Source: Eledone cirrhosa (taxonomy: Eukaryota). From it: 64,000 nt of DNA. The notes beneath the pieces were generated by a model that was not told where the DNA came from, did not search any database, and saw only the letters and a list, made by a program, of their open reading frames with translations. Location of the stretch: positions 39,246,001 to 39,310,000 of the forward strand of contig OZ024749.1 in assembly GCA_964016885.1 (NCBI GenBank). The letters are read 5' to 3'. Position 1 is the stretch's first letter. Each line of letters begins with the position of its first letter. Positions 13,275-24,871 of the stretch are shown in pieces. Made by a program: the position numbers and the translations under genes.

Positions 13275-13278
<4 letters not shown>
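12872..13278. mobile_element. Penelope-like inverted terminal remnant (~200-bp arms) with a hammerhead motif in each arm
   Basis: Near-perfect inverted repeat centred at ~13075, flanked by (TA)n. Confidence 0.7.
13172..13234 (+). ncRNA. Minimal type I hammerhead ribozyme motif (mirror copy 12916-12978, -)
   Basis: attttgt-CTGATGA-aagcatacca..tggtgtcctt-GAAA-t-atgt-a-TA^-ataaaat: stems I and II pair, short helix III, AUA triplet. Confidence 0.75.
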
Positions 13279-13315
<37 letters not shown>

Positions 13316-13575
13316 CATCATCATCATCATCATAATCATTTAACATCTGCTTTCCCTACTAGCAAGAGCTGGATGGGTCTTCATTGACCAAGTCAGTACC
13401 AAATCGAGGCTACTAACCTACCATACAGGCCAGGGGGGTCTGTATTTTCTTTATATATGGTTTCACATTCTACCTAGAGCATGAGAGAGGTTGACATGTC
13501 TTTGACACAACTGGGGGTCTTCCCAATCTGTTGTTTGGCAAGCTTTCAATAGTTTGATCAATAAGGCAGGATGTG

Positions 13576-13633
<58 letters not shown>

Positions 13634-14635
13634 GAGTACCTTGTAAAGCAAAGATGGAAAACAGATTCTTGTTTCATACTTCTTTGTGATACATACAGGA
13701 ATCGCAAACACAAGGTTCTAAAAACTTTCGCTAAGTACAAACCACTACCTCCCTACGGACAACTGACGCTGCACACCAGGCCCGAACACGGAAGAGCCGA
13801 ACTCCCACTGTCATCCCCTCGCCATCTCTCTCACCCTCACCATCTCTCTGTATTATGAGCAACCGGGGTCCCACGTGCTGATCACCCCATGGTCCCGGCG
13901 GACAGAATGGAGAAGGCGTTTCCCTGGAGGCTAGTAAAGGAGATGCGTTCGAAGGCAGAATGGGGATGGCACTCACCAGTGCCAAGAGTGGGGGAGGATA
14001 TAGTGTTGGAGAGAATAGCTAAGGAGTGATAGTGGAGGGGGAATGGGTGGGGTGCATAAGATTAAAATAAAAAACAAGTTATTCCTGGTGGAATTTGAAC
14101 ACGAGTGTGAAGAGCTGTAACTGAATAACACAAAAGAATTTTGTCTGTGGTTATAGATCCTACTATAATTTTTTTTATCTTTTTAGCACTGTGTGTATAT
14201 ATTCCCGAGTCTTCAATAATCATTCTCCTCAACTTATTAATTTTTCAGATTTTTTTCCAAACCCCATCGTTTAGTAAATTTTGCTAATATATCTTCGGCG
14301 AAATTTTATTTTAAATCGTAACATTCCTGGGACAATCAATTTTTTTTATACATTAAAAAACATTATACATGACAAAAAAAGAACATTACAAGAAATCTCA
14401 TATGTTATAACATAAACAGAATGGGTTGGGTCTCAATATATAAACTAAATGACTAAATCAATGGAGACAATCTAAAAAAAATTCTTCTTCTTCTTCTTCT
14501 TCTTCTTCTTCTTCTTCTTCTTCTTCTTCTTCTTCTTCTTCTTCTTCTTCTTCTCCTCCCAAGTGAATAGGCCTACTCTGAGTATGCGCCTATAAATTGT
14601 AGGTGGAAAACTGGGAGAGGGCACTTGCCCTGGAA

Positions 14636-15082
14636 GTCAGGGTCACCGTGGCTTTTTTTAATGGGCTTTCTCCATGAGTGTCCCTCGAAAGCTCCCCACT
14701 ATTGGGGAATTTTCCTTTGTTTCTTTTTTGTCATTTCCTTTGTTTTTTATTTACATACAAAAATGCCCATTTGTACCGTCCTGTGCTGTCCTTAATGTTA
14801 TACTTTATGTCAACCCTTGTGCTTAATAAAGAAAAGATTATTATTACTGGTGGTCAGGGTCACTGTGGCTTTTTAATGGGCTTTCTCCATGAATGTCCCT
14901 CGGAAGTCTCCCCCCTATTGGGAATTTTTTTCATTGTTCTATTATTACATCCTCTGTTTTTTGTTTTTTTACACGCAGAAATGCCCTTTTGTACCGTCCT
15001 GTATTGTCTTGTACTGTCCTTAATGTCTACTTTGTGTAAACCCTTGTGGTTAATAAAGAAAGCATTATTATTATTATTATTA
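14636..15082 (+). repeat. Two tandem copies of a retroposon-like 3' end (AATAAA + (ATT)n tail)
   Basis: gtcagggtcacygtggctttttaatgggctttctccatga..cccttgtg.ttaataaagaaa..attatt occurs at ~14636 and ~14853. Confidence 0.65.
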
Positions 15083-15603
15083 TAAAGTACCAGTAATGCA
15101 CTGGGTAATTGCTGGCCTTGTGCCTAAAGTAGAAACAATTATTACTATTATTATTAGGGTCGGACACCATGCTTTGATGCATAGAGTTACGGTCCTTGCC
15201 ATTCTGAGTTCAAATCCCGCCGAGGTTAACTTTGCCTTTCATCCTTACAGGGTCGATAAAATAAAGTACCAGTAATGCACTGGGTAATTGCTGACCTTGT
15301 GCCAAACGTAGAAATAATTATTATTATTATTCCTGAGAGGGTCAAAGGCAGATGAATAATATCAAAAACAACCATCACCAGAGGACCAGACTGGATTTCC
15401 AAATGAGACTACCCAAGCTTATGGATGCTATCTTACCATCTTGCTTGTGTTTTACCCCTTGGGTTCTTCTTCCCATTTAACTTTGCCAATAAAATCTGAT
15501 CTGCGGTTCTTTCCTTTAATTTTATTTTTGCAACTGATCTTAAAACAGTTTTGTGATATGGTTGTTTAAAAATTTCTCATAATGATTTCTTTTGTTATTT
15601 TAG

Positions 15604-15979
15604 GAACAATGGTATAAAAATAAAGGAAAATGTGGAGTGTGTGGGGATCCATACAATGGAAAACGTGAAAACGAAGCTGGTGGAAAATATGCTAATGGAA
15701 TAATAGCAGCAAATTACAAAGAAGGAGATGAAATAAAAGTGACTGTAGAATTAACAGCAAACCATTTAGGTGGCTTCTTTGAATTTAATCTCTGTCCTGT
15801 GAACAATCCTAGAATACGAGCAACTGAAAACTGTTTTTTCAATCACCCCGTATTGACATTAGATGGAAAGAGACGTCATATTTTACCAACAAAAAATTCT
15901 GGTTTGTTTTATATAATTCTTAAATTACCACAAGGAATTTACTGTACACAATGTGTATTTCGATGGAAATATAATGCAA
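15604..15979 (+). CDS. AA15-type LPMO, coding exon 2
   Basis: Acceptor ttttag|. EQWYKNKGKCGVCGDPY..ENEAGGKYANGII..ELTANHLGGFFEFNLCP..KLPQGIYCTQCVFRWKYNA; second His in TANH. Donor GTAAGT, phase 1. Confidence 0.92.
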
Positions 15980-15999
15980 GTAAGTTGATTTGTTTTTAT

Positions 16000-16542
16000 T
16001 ATTGACAAAATATCAACCAACCTATATTATTTATTGTTGACAAGATATCAACTAGCCTATACTATTTATTATTGACAAGATATCAATTAACCTATACTAC
16101 TTATTGTTGACAAGATATCAACCTATACTACTTATTGTTGACAAGATATCAATTAACCTATACTTCTTATATTAACAAGATATCAACATATACTACTTAC
16201 GTTAACAAGATATCAACTAACTTATACTACTTATTGTTGACAAGATATCAACTAACTTATACTACTTATTGTTGACAAGATATCAACCTATACTACTTAT
16301 TGTTGACAAGATATCAATTAACCTATACTTATATTAACAAGATATCAACATATACTACTTACGTTAACAAGATATCAACTAACTTATACTACTTATTGTT
16401 GACAAGATATCAACTAACTTATACTACTTATTGTTGACAAGATATCAACTAACTTATACTACTTATTGTTGACAAGATATCAACCTTTACTACTTATTGT
16501 TGACAAGATATCAACCTACCTATATTACTTATTGTTGACAAA
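16000..16542. repeat. ~33-37 bp minisatellite (tatactacttattgttgacaagatatcaac) in LPMO intron 2
   Basis: About 15 copies seen directly. Confidence 0.9.
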
Positions 16543-16794
16543 AATACCAGTCAAGTACTGGGGTTGATTAAATCAAATTTGTCTAAATTAGAAATCATTA
16601 TTAGCTGGAGCAGTAAAGTGCTTTCTTTACTGAAACAAAAACTCTAAGGTTTTATTCTGTTTTATCTTTCTTCATATTCTTATGATTTTTCAATCTCCCT
16701 CTCTAAAAAACGGATGTTAAATGATGATGATAAATGATGATGTGTGTGTGTGTCTGTATATATAAATATTTTTAAAAATTATATTTATTCTCAG

Positions 16795-17153
16795 ATACAT
16801 CATGGGGCTGTGATGGGAGCAGATGTTGTCCAGGATGTGGGCCACAAGAACAATTCTATGGATGTGCTGATGTAGCAATTGCTCGGAGAAATTCCTTTGA
16901 ATGGAGAACAACTACAATAACATCTAAGAGTACTGTATGTGAAGCAAAGCTACCTTGGCGAAATAACCCAGCAGCCACCCCTTGGTGTATACGTCGTTGT
17001 AGGTTTAGTGTGTGTCCTTACAAGTATTGTGAAGATGCTTGCAAACTTTTAGTACCACACAATTATCCCATACCTTTATTTTCTAAGAAATCTCTTGATG
17101 AGTTTTGGAAAAATATGCTTCGGTCTAGTAATGCTACGACTATGTCACAATAA
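16795..17153 (+). CDS. AA15-type LPMO, coding exon 3 (end of catalytic domain, Thr/Ser linker, 6-Cys module, stop)
   Basis: Acceptor tctcag|, phase matches. NTSWGCDGSRCCPGCGPQEQFYGCADVAI..TTTITSKST.CEAKLPWRNNPAATPWCIRRCRFSVCPYKYCEDAC..MSQ*, TAA at 17151-17153. Not in the supplied ORF track. Confidence 0.9.
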
Positions 17154-17376
17154 AATGGCAGTTTAAAAACAAAAGAATCTCAACTAATACTCATATATAT
17201 ACACAGTTTCATTCTGTCATTACCACAACAGAGGTCTGACAAGCTTTTGATTCCAGAGTCAGGCCAGATCAATACAGATCACAACTTGAGCTGATCAATA
17301 GCGAAATGCACATCATCACTACTCAATAAATGTAATGAAGGCATAACAAATCATCCTTTTATTATTATTATTGTTA

Positions 17377-17426
<50 letters not shown>

Positions 17427-17494
17427 CATATCTCTCTCTATCTCTCTCTCTCTATATATATATATATATACATACTTATATATTTATATATATA

Positions 17495-17533
<39 letters not shown>

Positions 17534-17640
17534 TATTTTCCGTTGTGTTGTAATATAAATATTACACACAGTAGATTATCAGCTCACGTAGAGTTTGCTC
17601 GACGGTTCCAGTTGTAGTTCCAAAAGTAATCCGGAGAAAA

Positions 17641-18852
17641 ATAGAAAGATTTGAATGGATACAGTTTAGTTGAAAGGAATTTATTGACACGTGTTTCTAT
17701 AACAGTTACATAACCTAAAACAGCTATCTACAAACTTTTAGTTATGCAGACATTCAATATTTCAATGTTATTATTTACTGTCATTTCATCAGAATAATAT
17801 TACTGAGGACCTATTTAGTTTTTATAGAGAATATTAGGAGGGAGGGGTGAAGTTGTTAGAAGAATAGTTGAAGGAGTGGTTTTTCGATAGCAGTGAGAAT
17901 TCTTGGTGGCAGTGAGTAATTAGATTCCCATCTGTTGTTTTGACATTTTTTATAGAATATATTATTGGTTATTTTTCTAAATCTATAGAAGGATTAGAGA
18001 TAGTAAAGATATGCGTGGTTGGTTTTGTGTTTGCACTTAACATTCAGACTTAAATTTTTCTTTCAAGTGTACGTATTCTTTCACCCACGCATTCACACAC
18101 AAATATATTTGCACACCTCTACAAAATACATATATTCACAATTCACATATTCATACTTACATATATATACACATGCATACACATATATATACACACATGT
18201 ATTCATGTACATACATACGCGCTCATGTGTATACATTTTCATACTTGAGTATGAAAATGTATACACATGAGCGCGTATGTATGTACATGAATACATGTGT
18301 GTATATATATGTGTATGCATGTGTATATATATGTAAGTATGAATATGTGAATTGTGAATATATGTATTTTGTAGAGGTGTGCAAATATATTTGTGTGTGA
18401 ATGCGTGGGTGAAAGAATACGTACACTTGAAAGAAAAATTTAAGTCTGAATGTTAAGTGCAAACACAAAACCAACCACGCATATCTTTACTATCTCTAAT
18501 CCTTCTATAGATTTAGAAAAATAACCAATAATATATTCTATAAAAAATGTCAAAACAACAGATGGGAATCTAATTACTCACTGCCACCAAGAATTCTCAC
18601 TGCTATCGAAAAACCACTCCTTCAACTATTCTTCTAACAACTTCACCCCTCCCTCCTAATATTCTCTATAAAAACTAAATAGGTCCTCAGTAATATTATT
18701 CTGATGAAATGACAGTAAATAATAACATTGAAATATTGAATGTCTGCATAACTAAAAGTTTGTAGATAGCTGTTTTAGGTTATGTAACTGTTATAGAAAC
18801 ACGTGTCAATAAATTCCTTTCAACTAAACTGTATCCATTCAAATCTTTCTAT
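17641..18852. mobile_element. ~1.2-kb near-perfect palindrome (Penelope-like inverted terminus) with mirrored hammerheads
   Basis: Centre atact-tg-agtat at 18246/7; mirrored ORFs 18019..18270(+) and 18223..18474(-); arms of ~605 bp; (TA)n on both sides. Confidence 0.8.
18696..18812 (+). ncRNA. Type I hammerhead motif with long helix-II insertion (mirror copy 17681-17797, -)
   Basis: ttatt-CTGATGA-a-atgacagt..(~70 nt)..actgttat-a-GAAA-c-acgt-g-TC^-aataa; palindromic helix III CACGTG, GUC triplet; first helix-II pair is an A.A mismatch. Confidence 0.7.
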
Positions 18853-18993
18853 ATATATATATATATATATACATACTTATATATATACCGAATGAAACAG
18901 TTCTAGTCCTGTAGAAGCCATTTCTATATTAAATATATATATATATTCTCGTCTAACCCATGCTAGCATGGAAGAACAGACGTAAAACGGTGA

Positions 18994-19039
<46 letters not shown>

Positions 19040-19041
<2 letters not shown>

Positions 19042-19752
19042 TCATCATCATCATCGTTTAACGTCCATCTTCCATGCTTGCATGGGTATGGACGAGAGTT
19101 TTCCCACTTGAGGCAAGAGTGGTTGTCTTGCTCACATAGGACTGTCTGGCGGGTTTTCTACGGCTGGATGCCCTTCCTAACACCAACCACGTTTACAGTG
19201 TGGAACTGGGAGGTTTTTACCGTGTTACCTACACGGCCACATTACAGCGTGGACTGTGTGTTTTTTTGTCGTGACACCTACACGATCTCATTTGTTTCGG
19301 ACTGGATGTTGTGGTACCAACATAACTTTACATTGAAAGGGGTGGTGTGGATGGGGTGGGGGTAGTGGGACGGGGGTGTATTTTGTTAGAGGTGCCTACT
19401 GACTGTAGTAGGTTTCACTTTGTACTTAGGTAAGGCGGGTCTTCTGTATAACTGTGTAGCGCCAAAGATCTCGGTCCAGTGACATTTTCTTGGAGAGGTG
19501 TAAGTGTGTGAGGTCGGACGGAATTTATCAAGTCGTCCCAGGTTTTTCTGGGTCTGCCTACTCTGTGGCTACTGTCTATTTTTATTGCCCTGCACTTTTT
19601 TATACAGCTGTCGTCTTTCATGCGCATCACGTGACCATACCAACGTAGTGTTCTCTCGAGTAAACAACATCTGATCCCTCTTATTTCTAATTTTTCCCTT
19701 AGTTCGTTTATGCTTTGCCGATCACGTATATTACTATTACACATCCAGCGGA
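19040..19752 (-). mobile_element. RTE-like LINE 3' fragment (second family)
   Basis: FRWMC..LREKL.IRGI..LRWYGHVMRM..GRPRKTW followed by 3' UTR and (TGA)n. Confidence 0.8.
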
Positions 19753-19787
<35 letters not shown>

Positions 19788-19836
19788 AAATAAAGTTAAA
19801 TAAAAGTCAAATGATTAAAATTTAGCTTCGTTTATT

Positions 19837-19891
19837 ACTGCTATATATATTTCAGTGACAGCCATCTTTGGCTGTGACCTCTTCAGGCAGT
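19837..19891 (-). ncRNA. Minimal type I hammerhead ribozyme motif
   Basis: Minus strand: actgc-CTGAAGA-ggtcacagcca-aaga-tggctgtcact-GAAA-t-atat-a-TA^-gcagt; perfect 5-bp stem I. Confidence 0.78.
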
Positions 19892-20996
19892 TTGAATTAG
19901 TATGGTATAGACAAGTACATATGTTGTTGAGGTGTATAATATTGTCAATACTATGATATGCCCAGTTCCTTGTTGGGTTGTTATTTCACCGAGGAACTGG
20001 AGTCATATCCATATATATATATACATATATATATAACTAAGACTGTTATTTGTCTCAACTAGAACATAAACAAATGTAAAGTAGTAAACCCATACTTTTC
20101 ACAAACTCAATTAAATGCTAATTATAATCCTACAATTAAACCTATACACCAAAGCATACAACACCAGCCATAAATTAAATTCAAACAATAACCATACCAA
20201 CCTGCTTCAAATACTAGTATGGGGGTGACAAGTGCCATCAGGCTGCAGCTGTCATATTACATAATTTCTATATTACTCTGCAACAACTACTACCCTATTA
20301 GCAGATGTCACATGTATATTACTGGTATGGGGGTGACAGGTATCACCAGGCTGCAGGTGTGATGTTATGTAGGTTCTATATTATTCTATATTACTCTAGT
20401 CTTGTATGTTCTCATGTCTATGAATATCTCAATAAAAGAAATAACACTAAAATGCATTTTGTTTATTTTAATATTGTAAAAAAATATATACTTCATCTTT
20501 GCTTAACCTTTTAGTATTTACATTACTCTATAGTTACTAAAGGCTTTATCTCATTTAATTACCTCACATAATATCAAATCTATAAGATATTGACATTATT
20601 TATTTTGAGAACAATGCTGTAATATTATTATGAATGGCTGGTTACAGCCGGTTTGAACAGAAAGAGGTGAGAGAATTCTGGCCAGTTATAGCCAGTCTAA
20701 ATGTTAAAGTGTTAAATAAGCTTTAAGAAAAATATTTATATTATACACTAGATGTTCTTTTTATTTTGGTTTCATCTGGAAATGATTTTATTTTTGTTAT
20801 ATTCAGAATTGTAATTTGTCAATATTCAGCCTCAAATAAATTTTAACATATTACTCTTCTTCGTTGTATTGAGCACTTTTTCTTTCAGTTGATTACATTG
20901 CTGTGCACTTCTTTCCAACACAGGCACCCCCCCCCACACACACATACACACACAAACAAACACACACATATATATAAATACATATATATATATATA

Positions 20997-23180
20997 TCAT
21001 CATCATCATCATCACCATTTTACGTCCGCTTTTCCCTGCTTGCAAGGGTGGGACGGGTCTTATTCAGCACAGCATCTCTCCACCCGTCATGGTTCTTCGT
21101 CATCTCCACCGTGAGCTTCAATGATCTGAGGTCTGTTGTCACCACCTCCGCCCATGTTTTTCGTGGTCTACCTCTACCACGTCTTCCTTCAACTGGCATT
21201 TCCTGGCACTTCTTCACCCATCGGTCATCTTCCATGTGCATCACATGTCCATACCACCTCAGTCTCCTCTCCCGTACACTACATTCTATCCCTCTCAGAC
21301 ACAGTTTCTCTCTCAACACATTTATGCTGGGTCGTTCACGCACATTTACACTGCACATCCAACGGAGCATGCTTGCCTCATTTCTCTCCAGCCGCCGCAT
21401 ATCCTCTGCAGTTGCTGCCCATGTCTCACTACCATGCAGCATTGCGCTCCTCACACAGGCATCATACAACCAGCCTTTTGTACGCAGGGAGAAACCCTTC
21501 TTCATCAGCAGAGGAAGCAGCTCCCTAAACTTTTTCCAGCCCGTCCTTATTCTAGATACTATGGCCTCGGAACACCCTCCTCCCATGCTAATCTGATCTT
21601 CTAAGTACCGGAAGCTATCCACCACTTCTATAGCGCCCTCCTGCATTTGAAAAATGTGTCTATCAATGCGACTTCTACTGTCTAATTTCCCTGTACATCT
21701 ACTGCATACATATTTCTCCCTACCTGTTAGTTTGTCTGCTATCCCACTACATCTCTTGTGTACCCAGGATCTGCATTGTGTGCATTTTATAGAATTTATG
21801 CCAGTTCCTTTTCTGCATATCGAACATGGCTATTTCCCTGACAGAATCAGAGTTTTGTCCTCTTTTCTACTCATCAACACTTTTGTCTTAGATAAGTTCA
21901 CTCTCAGTCCTCTTGCTTCCAACTGCTGTTTCCATAGCCAGATTTTATTCTCTAGCTCCTCTACTGATTCTGCTATAAGAACCAGATCGTCAGCATAGAG
22001 AAGTTCCCATGGACAGCCAGTCTTAAACTCCTCTGTTATGGCTTGGAGGACTGTAATGAACAAGAGCGTGCTGAGGACCGAACCTTGATGTACTCCTACT
22101 TGTATCTGGAATTCCTCACTAAACTCCATTCCTACCCTGACTTTACTGAGAGTACCTCTGTACAAAGTTTGCACTGTCCTCACAAGCCATTCCTCAACAC
22201 CTAGCTTCCTTAGGGACCACCAGACGACAGATTGTGGTACCCTATCAAAGGCCTTCTCTAGGTCAACAAAGGCTAAGTATAGTGGCTTATTTTTCTCTAA
22301 GAACTTCTCTTGCAATTGTCTCACCAAGAAGAGGGCATCTGTTGTACTCTTGCCAGGCACAAAACCAAACTGCATCTCATCTAGTTTTACCCTTTCTCTA
22401 ATTAGTTGTGCTAATATCCTTTCTGCCACTTTCATAACCTGATCCATCAGTTTTATACCCCTATAATTGCTCCTCTCCAGAGCATCCCCTTTACCTTTGT
22501 AGCAATTTATGAGAATACTGCTGCACCAGTCTTTGGGTATGACACCACCATATATAGCCTGATTGATAATGCGTGCAACCAGTTTAGTGCCTACGTCCCC
22601 TGATGCCTTCAGCATCTCAGCAACTATTCCCGATGGTCCAGCAGCCTTACCATTTTTCATTTCCCTAATTGCCTCGTGGACCCTATATTCGTCAATATCA
22701 ATAGCTGATCCCTCTGTTGGATCCACTAAGGGTAATTTCTCTCTCTCCCATTCGTTCTCCACATTCATCAGTCTCTCATAATGACATTTCCAGGCCTCCT
22801 TTTTCTGATCATTCGTGACACTAAGTACACCGGCATCATCCTGGACACATTTATCTCCAACAACATCCTGATTTGCATTGACACACTGCCTTGCAATGTG
22901 GAACACCGCACGCCTCTGATCTTCCCGTCGCAGAACATTGGCAAACCTCCTACTCTCCGCCTCCCTGCGTGCTAAGTACACCTGACGTCTAGCTTCTCTC
23001 TTAGTGGCTGTATATTCTTCCCTACTCCCACCCTTTTTCCAAGCCTTCCATGCTAGTCTTTTGTCTCTAATGGCCTTATCTACTGTGCTGTTCCACCACC
23101 AGGTCACTCTCTGTCTGGTTGGAGCTCTGCTCCAGCCACAAGTTTCATCAGTAGCCTGCAGCAAGTTGTCACGTAAGAAA
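20997..23180 (-). mobile_element. RTE-clade LINE, 5'-truncated, RT frame intact except one TAG at 21830-21832
   Basis: ORFs 21830..23164 and 21020..21646 are in the same frame; full RT motif set plus a C4HC3 finger; closely similar to the 10-12 kb copy. Confidence 0.95.
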
Positions 23181-23262
23181 TATATATATATATATATTAT
23201 TATATATATATATTTGTGAAGATTAAAATCCGAAGAGGGCTCGATAAAGATTATCTATATAT

Positions 23263-23346
<84 letters not shown>

Positions 23347-23611
23347 TATATATGACATATCTACATACACATACACACACACATATATACACATCTGCAT
23401 ACACATACACACTCATATATATATATATATATATATATGTACATACACGCATATATGCACACCACATACACATATATATGATTGGCAAAGTGTAGATGAA
23501 CTGAGAGAAACTGTGCATAAGAAGGATCAAATGCAATGTGCAAGAGAGGAGATTGCATTTGTATGGACATGTGATGTGTATGAAGGATGACAGCTGTATA
23601 AAAAGGTGCAG

Positions 23612-24545
23612 AATGACAAAAAGTGCCCAGCCTACACTGTAAAGTGGTCGTGTAGGTCTCATGACAAAAAGTGCCCAGCCTACACTGTAAAGTGGTCGTG
23701 TTGGTGACACAACAAAAAGTGCCTAGCCCAGCCTACACTGTAAAGTGGTCGTGTTGGTGAGACAAACAAAAAACGCCCAGCCTACACTGTAAAGTGGTCA
23801 TGTAGGTCTCATGACAAAAAGTGCCCAGCCTACACTGTAAAGTGGTCGTGTTGGTGACACAAACAAAAAACGCCCAGCCTACACTGTAAAGTGGTCATGT
23901 AGGTCTCATGACAAAAAGTGCCCAGCCTACACTGTAAAGTGGTCGTGTTGGTGACACAACAAAAAGTGCCCAGCCTACACTGTAAAGTGGTCATGTAGGT
24001 CTCATGACAAAAAGTGCCCAGCCTACACTGTAAAGTGGTCGTGTTGGTGACGCAACAAAAAGTGCCCAGCCTACACTGTAAAGTGGTCATGTTGGTGAGA
24101 CAAACAAAAAACGCCCAGCCTACACTGTAAAGTGTTCATGTAGGTCTCATGACAAAAAGTGCCCAGCCTACACTGTAAAGTGGTCGTGTTGGTGACACAA
24201 CAAAAAGTGCCCAGCCTACACTGTAAAGTGGTCATGTAGGTCTCATGACAAAAAGTGCCCAGCCTACACTGTAAAGTGGTCGTGTTGGTGATGCGACAAA
24301 AAGTGCCCAGCCTACACTGTAAAGTGGTCATGTTGGTGAGACAAACAAAAAACGCCCAGCTTACACTGTAAAGTGGTCGTGTTGGTGACGCAACAACAAG
24401 TGCCCAGTCTACACTGTAAAGTGGTCGTGTTGGTGACACAACAAAAAGTGCCCAGCCTACAATGTAAAGTGGTCGTGTTGGTGACAACAAAAAGTGCCCA
24501 GCCTACACTGTAATGTGGCCGTATAGATAACATGACAAAAAGCAC
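23612..24545. repeat. ~49-51 bp minisatellite (acaaaaagtgcccagcctacactgtaaagtggtc..) expanded inside an RTE-type 3' UTR
   Basis: About 18 units with alternating variants; preceded by an RTE fragment (~23480-23610) and followed by the shared tail (to ~24715). Confidence 0.85.
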
Positions 24546-24837
24546 CCACACTGTAAATGTGGTTGGCATTAGAAAGAGCATCCAGCTGTAGAAATCAAGC
24601 CAACATCAGTTCTGCATGAGCAAGATGTGGTCATCTGATCTGCTTTGTCTCACAATAGGGCGACTCGTCTAACCCATGCTAGTGTGGAAAATAGACATTA
24701 AACGATGATGATGAAGAGGAGGATACACACACACATATATATATATATATATATGTACACACACGTGTTCACACACATATATGTATGTACACACATATAT
24801 GTACACACACACACGTGTACACATACATATATGTACA

Positions 24838-24871
<34 letters not shown>

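Noticed and set aside
13731-13985. ORF similar to 25352..25600, suggesting a small gene family
   Set aside because: Diverged dispersed repeat, probably a retroelement fragment; no splice structure or recognisable domain.
18019-18474. Pair of near-identical opposing ORFs
   Set aside because: A consequence of the palindrome; low-complexity, non-coding composition.
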